A stretch of 64,000 nt of DNA, taken from Octopus vulgaris. Its lineage: Eukaryota. This document shows, piece after piece, positions 1 to 13,057 of this stretch. The stretch spans positions 117,366,001 to 117,430,000 of the forward strand of contig OX597816.1 in NCBI GenBank assembly GCA_951406725.2, written 5' to 3'. A program made the position numbers and the translations under genes. Each line of letters begins with the position of its first letter. Position 1 is the first letter of the stretch. Under the pieces are notes generated by a model. The model ran no database searches, had not been told where the DNA came from, and was given only the letters and a program-made list of their open reading frames with translations.

Positions 1-60
1 AAACGTACTTTCTAAAATATTTCCGAAGTGCAGATTCCAGGTTAGGTGAATAAAATATAA

Positions 61-151
61 ATGAGTAACAAAGATGTGCAGGTGTCAGTTCATTACGGAG
101 TAGCTTGAAACGGCCGTAATGAATTGACACCTGTATATCTTTGTTACTCAT
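61..151. repeat. 38-bp-stem fold-back (15-nt loop) containing GAAAC-GGCC-GTA, probably a Penelope-like relic
   Basis: Arms 61-98 and 114-151 are reverse complements except for three G/T positions; GAAACGGCCGTA at 107-118. Confidence 0.8.
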
Positions 152-269
152 ATACATATATTAGTAGTATTTTGTAAGCTTAAAGCTCATAAGCGATCAT
201 TGTGCAATGGTTAAAGAAATTAGTCTAATACTGGAGCTTACACGACCTCGACGGAAAAAAAAGTTTTTT

Positions 270-345
270 CCGTACGCGTGGGACACGAACCTACATCTCT
301 TTGTTTTCGTGACAAGTGTACTAACCATTTAAACTATCGTCGAAA
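270..345 (-). mobile_element. degenerate tRNA-derived SINE head
   Basis: Minus strand reads TAGTTTAAATGGTTAG (A-box-like) ... GGTTCGTGTCCC (B-box-like); no intact acceptor stem. Confidence 0.45.
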
Positions 346-835
346 AACTTCCTCCAGACACACATATAAACTCACTCTAGGTATTTTCTCTTAACTGTGT
401 GTGTGTGTATTTTGTGAGTGTGTGTTCGTGTTCATGCATATATGTATATTAAAAAGTGTTATTAAAAAGCTAGGGAGACTATATTAATATTAGAGTAAAA
501 TTTATTGTAAATTTCGAATTGAATGGGACTTCAAATTTCGCTTATCGGATATTCAACCGAGTTGTGTAGGTCAATTGGAGAAAATTTGAAGAATAGAAAA
601 GTTTTTCAACGAAAGTCTAATTAAATTTGTCATAGTTACGACTAATTTTTTTCGGAAGAAATATACGTAATTATAATTTATCGGATGTTCGTACCAATCC
701 GTTTTATTTACGACATAAAAAAAGATTGAATGCCACAAAAACATTCAGCCTATCATTGCTATTAAACTATGACATTATTTTTTACAAGTTACCTATTTAA
801 TGAACATGTTTTTAAATTGAGGAATATATATTTAT

Positions 836-1169
836 CAGTGGCGTAGCTATTAGGGGAACAAGACAGCACTCCACGAGCACATTTTTTTCAAAATTGGCGC
901 CTTCTTAACAATTTTTTAAAAAACTGTTTATATAATAATAATGAAATTATTGTATACAGTGCTCAGGTGCACCACAACTATTAATTACCTATATCAGTAG
1001 TTGTTTTATACATAATGATATTGTTATTGAAACATGAAATTAATGTAGAATAAATTATATTGTAACTAATGAAACATCGCGTAATATAAAAGAAATGAGT
1101 CAAAAACTGCTGTCAGGGCGCTTTCTTTGTGTTTGCTCCCACTAACTTTAGAACTTGGCTACGCCTCTG
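836..1169. mobile_element. non-autonomous hAT-type MITE
   Basis: TIRs CAGTGGCGTAGC / GCTACGCCTCTG; 8-bp TSD ATATTTAT / ATACTTAT (7/8). Confidence 0.7.
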
Positions 1170-2094
1170 ATACTTATACATAAATATGTAACATTAAATG
1201 TGTGCGTGTCTCATGGAAGAAGCCTCTACGTATCGCTCGACTAGCTAGAAGTTGCAGCTAAAGTGTCTCAAATCATATCTTGTCATTTCAGAAAGGATAG
1301 TCACGGGTTCTCTGCATATAGATTGAAAAAAGAAAAAGTTATGGTTCGCCTGTTTTTGATCTGCTCGATGAGAACTGACTGGGTTTGAATAACACCACCT
1401 AAGATTGCAGGTGTGGTTTTTAATATTATTGTTGCTCAATGACAAAAACTTAAAGTTAGTGAATAAAAAGTAATAAAAGTAATGATGCAATGACATTCAG
1501 GTTTATAAAAAAAAAAAAGAAATTTATATTCATTGTGAAAGTAAATATGAAGAAAGGAATATGTCTATTTTTTATTCTATTTCATATATAGCTTTATTAT
1601 AAATTGATAGTCTTCGTAAATTAAAAGAAAAAAGAAGCTATTTAATAAGATTTCTTCGTAAGTTAGAAGAAGCATTGCAGAAATTTAGCAATTTTGAATT
1701 ATAGCCAAATAATAACTCCAGACAGTGCAGCAATTATTCTCAGGATCCGGGGAAAAACATTTGGCGCCCTTATTTAAATCATGTTAATTTCGCACCCCTT
1801 TGCGCCTGCGCAACTTCTACACACCTGGGTAACTTCTACCTTCTTATTTCTGACTCTGAATACAGTCATAACTTTTTTGTTTTGTTTTGTTGGGAGTGAT
1901 TATAGGGGCACAATTCTAATAATTAGCAGAAGCAAAAAATTTGGAAATAAAACCATTTCTTACACAAAACCATAAATTTACAAGGAAGAAGAAATAAAGA
2001 TAACTCTGTTTCTTAAGCAAGGCATTTTACTTTATTGTGTTTTAGTTCACACATCTGAAAGTGGAGTAAGAATTGAAAAACCGGGTCGCAAATA

Positions 2095-2995
2095 TTTGGT
2101 CATCCCATAATTAATGCGGTTTTTTATACTTTTATTTTGCAAAATTAAGATCAACAAAGTTCTTTTTTAATCTAAAAATATACTCTCCTTCATTTTCTAC
2201 AGTGCTCTTCCATCTATCTGGTAGACTTGCAAAATTCACTTGTCTGTGACGAAAAATACTCTTCCAGTACTGTTCTGACCTTGTCTACAAAGTTCATATT
2301 TTTTCTGTCCAAATGATTTTCAAGACTGCAGAATAAATGATAATCAGATGAGGCAATGTCTGGTGAATATGGTGGGCGGGCATCATTTCCCATTGAAACT
2401 GCTCCAGCCTTTGGAATGTCATCTTTGCTGTATGTGGGCGAGCATTATCCTGATGGAAGAACACCTTTCATCTTGAAACCAAAGATGGTTGTTTTTCTTC
2501 TAGCACTGACTTGAATGACTGGTTGAATGACCAAAACCAAGCTTCTCTGCTAATTCTTCAACAGTTATGATGGGATTTTGTTTCACCAGGGTTTGCAGGA
2601 TGTCCTCAACAAGCTCTACAGATCTAGAACGAGACTCACCTTCTAGGCTGTAGTTTTCAGCTCAGAATTTCTGGAACTACCATTGACACTGGCTTATGCT
2701 TATTGTCCAATCCCCATATACTGCATTAATATTTCTTTTGCTTTCCATTGCATTGTTGTCTTTATTGAACTCATGAAGCAAAATATGTTGAATATGCTTC
2801 TTTGTCACTTCCATTATAGCTTTGAAAAAATAACTGTTAAAATCAAACTGCACTCTTCAAAACTTGCACTAAGAATAAGGACACGGTAAAATTACTACCT
2901 GCTTATATAGCAAATTGATGTGGGTAGTTTATCCCATCCCCCTCCGACTTTTATTTCATGCAATTACAAAACTTATTATTTATGGGATGACCCAA
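2095..2995 (-). mobile_element. internally deleted mariner relic
   Basis: TIRs TTTGGTCATCCCATAA / TTATGGGATGACCCAA; minus strand near 2340-2380 encodes PPYSPDIASSDY (mariner YSPDLAPxD motif). Confidence 0.8.
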
Positions 2996-3909
2996 TCCTT
3001 GCATCTACAGATTGCTACTGAACATATAGTCAAGCATGGACCAATTAAAATGGTCAAAACCTTTCATTTTTTTTTTTTTATTATCTAAACATTATTTGAA
3101 GGCTGTATTTTTCTGAAAGTTTTTAGATTTTAGATATTTTACTACAGGTAAAAAAAGAATAAAGAAAGTGAAAACTATATTTCAATGACAAAAATTAAAG
3201 ATGAAATACAAGAGGGTGCTACCATGGAGAAGATAATGAATGTGTTGTACAAAACTTTATAAAATATTTGTTATTCCTAGATTAGTGATCAACATAATAG
3301 CCAGAAATCCTGGTTTTGATCCTGATCAGAATCAATTTCCTTCGCATGTGCAGACAAGGTATTTGTGAAAAAGGTTTAATATTCATTCTCCCATTTAACC
3401 TTTTAAGTAATAAATAAAAATTTTCAATTAGTTTTTTTTTCTATTGGAAACAAACTTGTTAATTTCTACTTGAATATATTCATTTGTCATCATCAACAGC
3501 ATCATCATTTATGTCTTGTCTTCCATGTTGGCATGGGTTGCATGGCTTGACAGGATCCAATGAACCGAAGAACTGTGGCAAGTTCCAATATCTGCTATGG
3601 CTTAGTTTCTACAGTTGGGTACCCTTTCTAACACTAACTGCATTATAGAGTGAAGTAAGTGCTATTTTTTGTGACACTGGCATGAGTGAAATTTGTTAAG
3701 TAAGTAGTAAGACAAAGAAAATGAAAAAGCCGCCCAGAGGATGTGGCCCTGTGATGGGTGTTGAGAGGCTAAACTATGTCAAGCACAGGTGTCTTGCTCT
3801 CTCTCTATATATAGAGTGGACAAATGAAATTAAGTGGCTCTCAACATATTTGGTAAGAGTTACCTATACTTTTTAATAATAATGAAATAATAATAATAAT
3901 AACAACAAC

Positions 3910-4229
3910 AAAAACAATACAGTTCTATATTTAAGAGATGCGGAATTATGTACATTATTTACATTTGACAGATATTTGTCTTCATCTTGTTTGTTGTTAA
4001 CACAATGTTTTGGTTGATATACCCTCCAGCCTTCTTCAGGTGTCTTGGGGAAATTTCAAACCTGGGTTCTCATTCCTAAGGTATTCTTCGATGTCATTAT
4101 TATTATTAATATTATTATTATTATTATTATTGTTCAGGTCACTGCTTGGAATCGAACTCGGAATCTTGGGGTTAGTAGCCCATGCTCTTAATCACTATGC
4201 CATATGCCCGTGGGCATATGGCATAGTGA
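3910..4229 (-). mobile_element. composite short element: tRNA-like head + (AAT)n spacer + hammerhead-bearing Penelope-like tail
   Basis: A-box TGGCATAGTG and B-box GAGTTCGATTCC at 4135-4209; hammerhead core at 3999-4044 on the same strand; 18-bp terminal inversion 4192-4229. Confidence 0.65.
3999..4044 (-). ncRNA. degenerate minimal type I hammerhead ribozyme
   Basis: gacac-CTGAAGA-A-GGCTG-loop-CAaCC-aAAAC-aTT-gtgtt; stem I gacac/gtgtt; the two core defects match CpG decay. Confidence 0.6.
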
Positions 4230-5799
4230 CAACAGTGACTAATGCTTGATATACAAATTAGTTTCACCATTTCAGCTAAGTACAAGATATTGACTAATTT
4301 AAATACCATTTGCTATAAAGTTGTATTCATAAGCAGACCTGTGAGGAGTGCTTGTTCTCTGAAGTGTGTCTATGAAACATGCTAGAATAATCTATATTAT
4401 TGTTCTGTATCAAGGAACTAGAATAAGAAATAAAATAGAAATATAGGCACTTAAATAAGAAAAGAGTAAAGACCAAAACATACTCCATGTCCAAGATACT
4501 GGTCAGTAACTAATTTCTGGAAAAAAAAAATTTTATAAAGTCTTAAATGAATGATTTAATAAAAGATTTTGACCTTGAATCATGTTATGACAAAACAAAA
4601 TAATAAAATGAATATAAAGATGGAAACGTATTTTAAAATTCTAAAGTGACCATACTACACTGAAATCACTGTAGTTTCACAAAATCATCTCAGATTAATA
4701 GATCAGGAAGCAATTCCAATTAAGGAATTCCTTAAATGTTAATACATATTCGAGAGAAGATTCAAATGTAGATTTGGAAAGGGCCTAATGCAAGGGAGGT
4801 AATTTCACGTTTACCTAAACTTTCCCCACCCCGTATGTACACACCTATACGTATCGCAATGCGTACAAACATATAACCATACATGCAGAAAGCCCCATGC
4901 CCAATTTTTCACGTACAGTCTCTTCGTTTAAGTCATATTTGCTAAATATTTGAGCCCCAGTGCATACAAGCCAAAGAGGGGACTTCGCTCTGATTGCTCA
5001 ACTAGCTAAATAAGCGGCCAAATCTTCTTAAAATCTTATTCTATAGTCTTAAAAAGATAACATTGGGAAATTTCATCTAACACAACTTTAAAGAGACCAT
5101 TTGGTATCAGCTAGAATGTCTTCAATTATATATCTGCTCGATTTAGACTGACTTGGAACTGAGCAAATTCTAAATACGTTAAAATAATTTTAAGGCAGTT
5201 TGATTTACCTCCCTTTTGTTTCTGTCACTTTTGAAAATCCCTTTTCATAGAGAATTTGTATGTTTTGAATTTTATGTCCAATTTATTGGAACGGTATCAA
5301 TATATACCTTTGAATGTATATTAATAAAATCACTTGATTGGCCATTTGATATTCAAATAAAAATAGCTGAAAGAGAAATGCCGAAAGGGAGAGAGAAAGA
5401 AGGAGAGAGAGGATAAAATGACATGAAAATCTAGATGACCTTAAATTTTAAAATGTTTGTTTTCAGCCGCCTCCTCAGTTCAGGTTGAATTGAATGGAAG
5501 ACACAACTATTTTCTTTACGCACACTTTTCTCTGGAAGTGATTTTCAAGAGGAGATTGGTTGTAGAGGAAAAGATCTGACTAATTTTTCCAACCTTGTTC
5601 ACTATCCCACCATTTTTTGTCACAGCAAATAATGATTGTAAGATTAATTTTTGCTGGTAGGACTCATGTATTATCTGTTTTTGATAGGTAGCATACTTAA
5701 GCCACCGTCGAGTTAACACCACCACCTAGACCTTGAGTGTTTTAGTGGAGTCTACTCAGCTGCAAGCATCCAGAGAAGGTTCCTAGTCTGAAAGTGGAA

Positions 5800-6035
5800 G
5801 CATGTGACTTGGTGGTTAGGGTGTTGGACTCATAATTGTAAGATTGTGGTTTCGATTCCTGACACATTATGTTCTTGAGCAAAACACTTAATTTCACATT
5901 ACTCCAGTTCACTCAGCTGGCAAAAATGAGTAATCCTGTGGTGGACCAGCATCCCATCAAGGGGGTTAATATATACATCATGGAAACTGGGAAACTGTCC
6001 CTATGAGTCTGTACAACTCAGAAAGGATCTCTTAT
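5800..6035 (+). mobile_element. tRNA-derived SINE (related copies at about 6930-7225 -, 11665-11900 +, 32660-32895 -)
   Basis: A/B-box head TGGTGGTTAGG...GGTTTCGATTCC then TTGAGCAAxACACTT...CACTCAGCTGGCAAAAATGAGT shared among copies. Confidence 0.7.
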
Positions 6036-7921
6036 CCCTAGTCTGAATAACTCAAATATGTGCAACCAATGTTCCCTGATTTCTTTGCTCTCCCACCTAA
6101 TCAGACTTGGAGGCCTTGTTAGATTCACAGATGCTGCTCTTCCTTTCTGAATAAAACAAAAAACAAAACAAAGTAAAACAAAGACATTGTTCTTACAGGG
6201 TACATCTGCCTGAGTACTTTGTCTTTAATAATTTATTCAAATTTTGGCACAAACTTAGCAATTGGGGAGTGGCTAGTCAATTACGTTGACCCCAGTACTT
6301 GAGTAGTACTTATCTCATAGACCCTGGAAAGATGAATGGCGAAGTTGATCTCGCTGGTATTTGAACTCAGAATATAAAGAGATAGGAGTGCTTCTAAAAT
6401 TTTCCCCATGTGCTAATGATTCTGTTAGCTTACTACCCCACTACTACTACTATTACTACTACTACTTTCTACTATGGGGACAAGGCTGGAAATTTTGTGG
6501 GTGTGTGACTAGTTCATCAACCTCAGTTAGCAACTGGTATTTACTTTATCAAGCCTGATGATTCCCAGTTGTTAGTTTTGTAGTTATACTTTGTATTTGC
6601 AACATTTTTTTCTTGCAATCTACTATCTGTTCACTATTGGCAGACCACCAAACAACGGAGACTGTCTGGCACCAAGGCTGGCTTTTCTGAGATAGAAAGT
6701 ATTTGACAAGTACTTTACAGTTCATTCAATGAAAGCAGACTAATAGTCACTTCCTTTCCATTAACCTTTGCCCCATTTCAAAGCTGAGTTGAGGGAGCCT
6801 CTATGTAATTACTTAAACTGTGAGAAATAGCAATTATATCTCACTCAAATCATAGCTCCACCACTTTAGAAAAACGCAAGCTTTTGTGTAATGTCTTGGT
6901 CTTTGGACACGGCCTGGCTTTTCATCAGTTACAACAAGTGTTCCTGTTGATACAATCAACTGAATAGCCTGCTGATGAAATTAATGTGAAAGTGGCCGAG
7001 TAATCCACAGATACGTGAATCCTTAATGTAGTTCTCAGGGAGATTCAGTATGACACAGACTATGATGAGGCTGGCCCTTGAAATACAGGTATTGCTAATT
7101 TTTGACAGTTGATTGGACATTAAATAAAGTGTCTTCCTCAATGACACAATGCACCACTGGGAATTGAACTCACAACCTTACCATCATGTATTGAATATTC
7201 TAACCACTAAGCCATATGCCTTCACTGTTTTGGACATGGAACTCAGGGTGATATGATTCTGAGTTTCCTGCACATACAAAAAAGAGAAGACGCTCCCTGC
7301 CAGAATGCCTTTGGTCATAAATCTGCTAGATCAGAGTTGACTTGGGGCTAAACAACAACAACATCATCAACATCTATTTCAAAGACAGAACATATTGGTG
7401 CAACACTGTAGCCAACTACAGTTCCTTTTTCTGTTACACTTTCTAAAACTGATTATTGTACTTCCAACTTTTCCTTCATATTTGAGAAAATAATCAGAAA
7501 ATTCAAAATTTTAACAGTGCTCAAGTTATCCCTAAGATTACCTTCAAAAAGGAATCACTATCTATATTAGATATCCTACTAATATTTACCTGTTAAAGTC
7601 TGTGCATACTTACTTAAAAATCTTGTCCTGATTTACAAGAATATCAACATCTTGATTCTTTCTTCTTTCATTGACATTTTTCTAATTAAAACTTAGAAAC
7701 TGTATCAAACTTTATTCAGTGACACTTAACATGAGCTATGGGAAAATATGCATAGAAGAGCCTTATACAATGAACTCTTCTCTGGTTGTAAGGGTATCTC
7801 AGACTTGGATTTGTAAGAAAGGATAAAAATGTCTTTTTAATGGACTATGATCATTATTTTATATCCTTGGGATGATATTTACAATGTACACTGTTTTTAT
7901 ACCCATCTGGTTGGCAGACTA

Positions 7922-8209
7922 CAGGAACTGTGTAATGTATTTCACCACATAAACACCATTATGTATAATAATTGCAAAAAGCATTAAAATACTTATTTTG
8001 AGCTTATGTATAAGAATGTGTGTGACTATAGTTTTGATGCTTGTATATAACCTCCAGCCAACTATTCAGCTAGAGGGCATTGAACTAAGAAGTTAGAATG
8101 TTTATTTAGTCCAAGGATAATGTATTTTAAGAAAAAATAAATAAAGGTAAAAAGACATGACTTTTATAAGTATAATCTTTAATTTAATAGCATTCAATAG
8201 CTTAAATAC
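7922..8209 (+). repeat. 288-bp direct duplication, copy 1
   Basis: Matches 10043-10330 with 4 substitutions counted by eye. Confidence 0.95.
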
Positions 8210-10042
8210 TGTAAGAAATATGAACGCACGTGGTCGCATTGTGTAGGGAATACGATCGTACGTGGCCATATTCTTAACGAATGTAGATAAGCCATTAGTA
8301 CAAATTTATACAATGCAGTGCCAACAGAATATAGATGAATTGACGACAAGCCATTCCACTGTTTGAGAGATAGATATTATTTTATTTACAATGGTGTTAA
8401 TGTTAGAAGGTTGTGAGTGCTAGCAAGTGCGTGTGTGCATGTGTGCAACACGTGTTTGTGTCTGTGACAAATACAATAAGGGTGAAAGCGTGTGACATAG
8501 TAGGTACAGAGCATAGAGTTAATAATGGAAATTGATTTACTGTTCATGAGGTACACGAAGTGTAAGCGTTCAATATCAAGATGTTGTGTCTCGGAGCTGA
8601 GATTAGTTGAATCACTTGTTGTTCTTATCTTTCTCTTGATATAGATATTCTTTCAGATATATATACTGCAACTGTTTTTCCGTGGTGAGATTTTCACACT
8701 AACAGCATGAGTTGAATCTGTATTTATCTTGTCGTGGCTGATCGTCTGTCGCTGTGACTGGAACATGTTGAGTAGCTCTGTGGTCAGAGGTTTAGTCCTC
8801 ATAAGGACTAGAAACCAAAGACGCAAGTATACTGAAAACACTCCCTTATATACAAGTAAAGTGGCTCAACAGAGCCTAGGAAATGGGACCTTAACCAAAG
8901 GCTGTGATTGGTTGGCTTTGGCCAGTGGCGCGAAATAAGTAGAGAGACAGACCGTGTTTAGATGCCAACCAATCAAAATAGTGGACACAACAACGTTAAA
9001 CTAGCCAAAGATGTTTGTAATCTCAAACGAGATCATTCTTAATATTTCTCTCAAACGGTGAAGATAGCAATGAAGAAAACAATATTGCTACAGATAGCCT
9101 CTTGCCAGACGTTTTGTCATAGACAAAACGACGATAAAATTGAAGCAAAGATGATATTCGAACGCTTGGTCAATCTAACTGGCACTAAGTCACCTATGTG
9201 GAATGTTCGAATGAACATAAAATGGCTGCGTGTTTGAAAACGGCGGGTCACCAGTGTAGGGAATAATAATGGCTGAGTGTGTGCATGCAACACGTGTTTG
9301 TGTCTGTGTGTTCGTGTGTGTGACAGATACAATAAGAGTGAAAGCATGTGACATAGTAGGTACAGAGCATAGAGTTAATGATGGAAATTGATTTACTGTT
9401 CATGAGGTACACGAAGTGTAAGCGTTCAATATCAAGATGTTGTGTCTTGGAGCTGAGATTAGTTGAATCACTTGTTGTGCTTATTTTTCTCTTGATATAG
9501 ATATTCTTTCAGATATATATACTGCAACTGTTTTTCCGTGGTGAGATTTTCACACTAACAGCGTGAGTTGAATCTGTATTTATCTTGTCGTGTACAAGTT
9601 GAATCTTCGTAGATGGAGACGATGTTGGTACAATGATGGTGACGACGGTGGCAGAGATAGAAATTGGTTTTCTGTTGCGGGTGTACACTAGCGTCGTCGT
9701 GGCTGATCGTCTGTCGCTGAGACTGGAACATGTTGAGTAGCTCTGTGGTCAGAGGTTTAGTCCTCATAAAACCAAAGACGCAAGTATACTGAAAACACTC
9801 CCTTATATACAAGTAAGGTGGCTCAACAGAGCCTAGGAAATGGGACCTTAACCAAAGGCCATGATTGGTTGGCTTTGGCCAGTGGCGCGAAATAAGTAGA
9901 GAGACAGACTGCGCTTAGATGCCAACCAATCAAAATAGTGGACACAACAACGTTAAACTAGCCAAAGATGTTTGTAATCTCAAACGAGATCATTCTTAAT
10001 ATTTCTCTCAAACGGTGAAGATAGCAATGAAGAAAACAATAT
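8210..10042 (-). mobile_element. non-coding LTR retroelement (TRIM/LARD-like): LTRs about 8242-9092 and 9255-10042, about 160-bp internal region
   Basis: Near-identical direct repeats; TGT...ACA ends; PBS-like TGGTGACCC (9245-9253, -) one base after the 5' LTR; CCAAT boxes, TATATAA (about 8846-8852) and AATAAA (8381-8386) on minus strand. Confidence 0.75.
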
Positions 10043-10330
10043 CAGGAACTGTGTAATGTATTTCACCATATAAACATCATTATGTATAATAATTGCAAAA
10101 AGCATTAAAATACTTATTTTGAGCTTATGTATAAGAATGTGTGTGACTATAGTTTTGATGCTTGTATGTAACCTCCAGCCAACTATTCAGCTAGAGGGCA
10201 TTGAACTAAGAAGTTAGAATGTTTATTTAGGCCAAGGATAATGTATTTTAAGAAAAAATAAATAAAGGTAAAAAGACATGACTTTTATAAGTATAATCTT
10301 TAATTTAATAGCATTCAATAGCTTAAATAC
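10043..10330 (+). repeat. 288-bp direct duplication, copy 2
   Basis: Matches 7922-8209. Confidence 0.95.
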
Positions 10331-13057
10331 CAAGCCCATCGGTAAAAATATAAAATGCATGTTTACAAACCACACCTTGGTATATCAAAAACAAAGGAAA
10401 CAGTTAAGCTACTCTTTCATAAAAATGTGGCTCTTGTGCACATCTTCTAAGTGTTTATGGCCAACTGAAATATTTATGCCAATTAATCTTTGCTTTAATC
10501 ATATAATATATCTTTTATTAGTTGATACAAGGTCATGATTATAAAAAAGAAAGAAGCAAAATTGAAAATTGGACAAAAATATCTATATTATTAGAAATAA
10601 TTAATTTCTTCTGTCTGCTGCCTTTCTTCAAAATAAACAAATCAAAAAATTTATTTTTGCTGTTAAGGAAAAGAGAGTCAAATTATGCTAAGAATGTACA
10701 ATTATAGCAAGGTGGAAGAATTTGTTAATTTGGGTGGTATTTGATCAAGTAGGAAAAATGACCAAGAAGCTAGCACAGTGAATACTGAAAACTTTTTCTA
10801 GGGGTCTCCCATGCAAGAAGAACCTATAGTTAAATATGTGCTAATATACAGACTGTATTGAGCCAAAAATAAATTTTAATCAGCTGAAATCAACTTTTCT
10901 ACTCATTGCTGGCATAATTTCAAATGATTAAAAATATTTTTGGTTTACTACGTTCAGCACTTAACTGTATATGTTTCATGTAGAAGTTGCCTCTAAGAAA
11001 TTTCTCAAAATCATTATTTAAGATTAGTCAATAAGTGAATACTTTTTACACTCTAAATATTTGAAGACCTGGTGTGTGAGAATAGGGTTTGCTGAGGAGT
11101 CTTAATATAGCTACATGTCTGAAACTGTCATCATAAATACCACACACCAGTCACCTTCCCCACAATATACCTCCATTCAATTTTTACCCAAAGTAAATTT
11201 TAGGATTCACTTCCATACCCCCTTGACGAAAAGTATCATTTAATGGTAATGACTTTTCTTTGCATTACAGGTGTAATTTAAGTTGATTAAACATTTTTAG
11301 GCTTATTTGATTTGGTTTCTTAGCCTGCTTTTAACTATATGTAGTTAATAGTTGTACTGTTTTGAGAACAAATGCATATCAATTTGTTCATATGATTATT
11401 TGTTTTCGCAAGAGCAATCTTGAATCTTAAATTCATTTCCTGTTTAGGAAAGGTCTCTTGCAGTAGAATATTTTCTAGCACATTTCAACAATGAATTCAT
11501 AGAGATCACAGAAAGTATCAATAGTCATCTGTTGTTTTGTGATTCTAATTATGGGATGTGTCAAAGCCAATGGAAAAATCATCAAAGGACAGTGATATTG
11601 ATTGCTGAAATATACTCTTCATATGCCACATGTAATGAAAACATCAATAAAAATATTAAATTCCCGGTGACATGTGTCTTTGAGCAAGACACTTTATTTC
11701 ATGTTGCTCCAGTCCACTCAGCTGGCAAAAATTAGTAGTACCTGTATTTCAAAAGGCCAGCCTTGTCACACTGTGTCATGCCGAATCTCCCTGAGAACTA
11801 CATTAAGGATTCACGTATCTGTGGAGTGCTCAGCCACTTGCATGTTAATTTTACAAGCAAGCTGTTCCGTTGATCATATCAGCTGGGACCCTCATCGTCG
11901 TTACTACATAGGTATAAACACTGACCTTATTGCTGAAAAAAGACAGAATTTTGAAAACTACATGAAACCTTCAACATTGAAAAGAATTTTTTTTTTACTT
12001 GTTTCTATCCATTTCAAAGATTGTCAGTTATGAGTCTCTGACTTTAATAAAAGAATGAATTTTATTCAAAAAATTTGCACATTATTGAAGACATTGGTTT
12101 GAGATAAGAAAACAAGTTACTTTTGATTGCTAAACAGGCCTTGACTTTGATATTTCCAAAACTGGTACTTTTGAAAATTATGGACCCATTATAATAATAA
12201 TAATAATAATAAAAAAAGTACAGAAGTACAAAGGGTAAGGTCACTTTCTTTATACTGACTGTTGTGACTCTAGTCTTAATCTATCTTTGTATTTATACAA
12301 ATGAAATATTTGCTTTGTTAGAACAAGTGGAAAAAAATGTTCTAGAATTTTCTAAGCTGAAATCAAATAATGAAAGAAAAAGCAAAACGTTCCCATTTTA
12401 TAAAATACTCATGATAAATAGTAATGAAATGAATCTCCAGATTAGTGAAATATTAACAAATAACAAATATATAAATAACCTGATTATGCCATTGACTCCT
12501 TGTAAAACATACTTCTAATAACAATAGTAGAATGTTTGAGAAAATCAGTCAAATAGTATACAATTCTCTCATTTCACATGTTAGATTTAACAATGCTGAA
12601 TGCTTATGACTTTCATATTTATTGAAGGCAGGGGCAGGAGGTAGTTTTTTAAAAATCAAAATTTCAAAATAAAAAACAATTTAATAGAGGTCATGCAATA
12701 ACTTGTTGAAGAATATGGTACCTTCGATTGTTAGGTATAGTAGAACGTCTAACTACAATATTGAGAGGTTTAGTGCTGTAAATTTTATACAAAAGCTATT
12801 ATTCTGATCATATGCTGTCAACAGGAATTGAAAACAGGGACATCACAGATATTTTGTATATACAAACAATAGTATAGATATCAAGAGAAGTTCATATGTA
12901 ACAAATTGATGTACAGAATGTAAGTTTGGTCTATATTTGGGAGATTGTTTTAGAGTTTATGATACTTGAATAACATTTTAGTGAATCAGACTTTATGTAA
13001 GTATTGGTCTTATTTGAACGCTTCATTAGAAACTACGATACAAAACTCAATATTAGG

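Noticed and set aside
4135-4209. Functional tRNA gene (also 270-345 and the SINE heads)
   Set aside because: A and B boxes are present but acceptor stems do not pair; they sit within repeats
5467-5725. Possible exon or 69-aa ORF
   Set aside because: No recognisable motif; + strand frames stop early; cannot be chained to other exons
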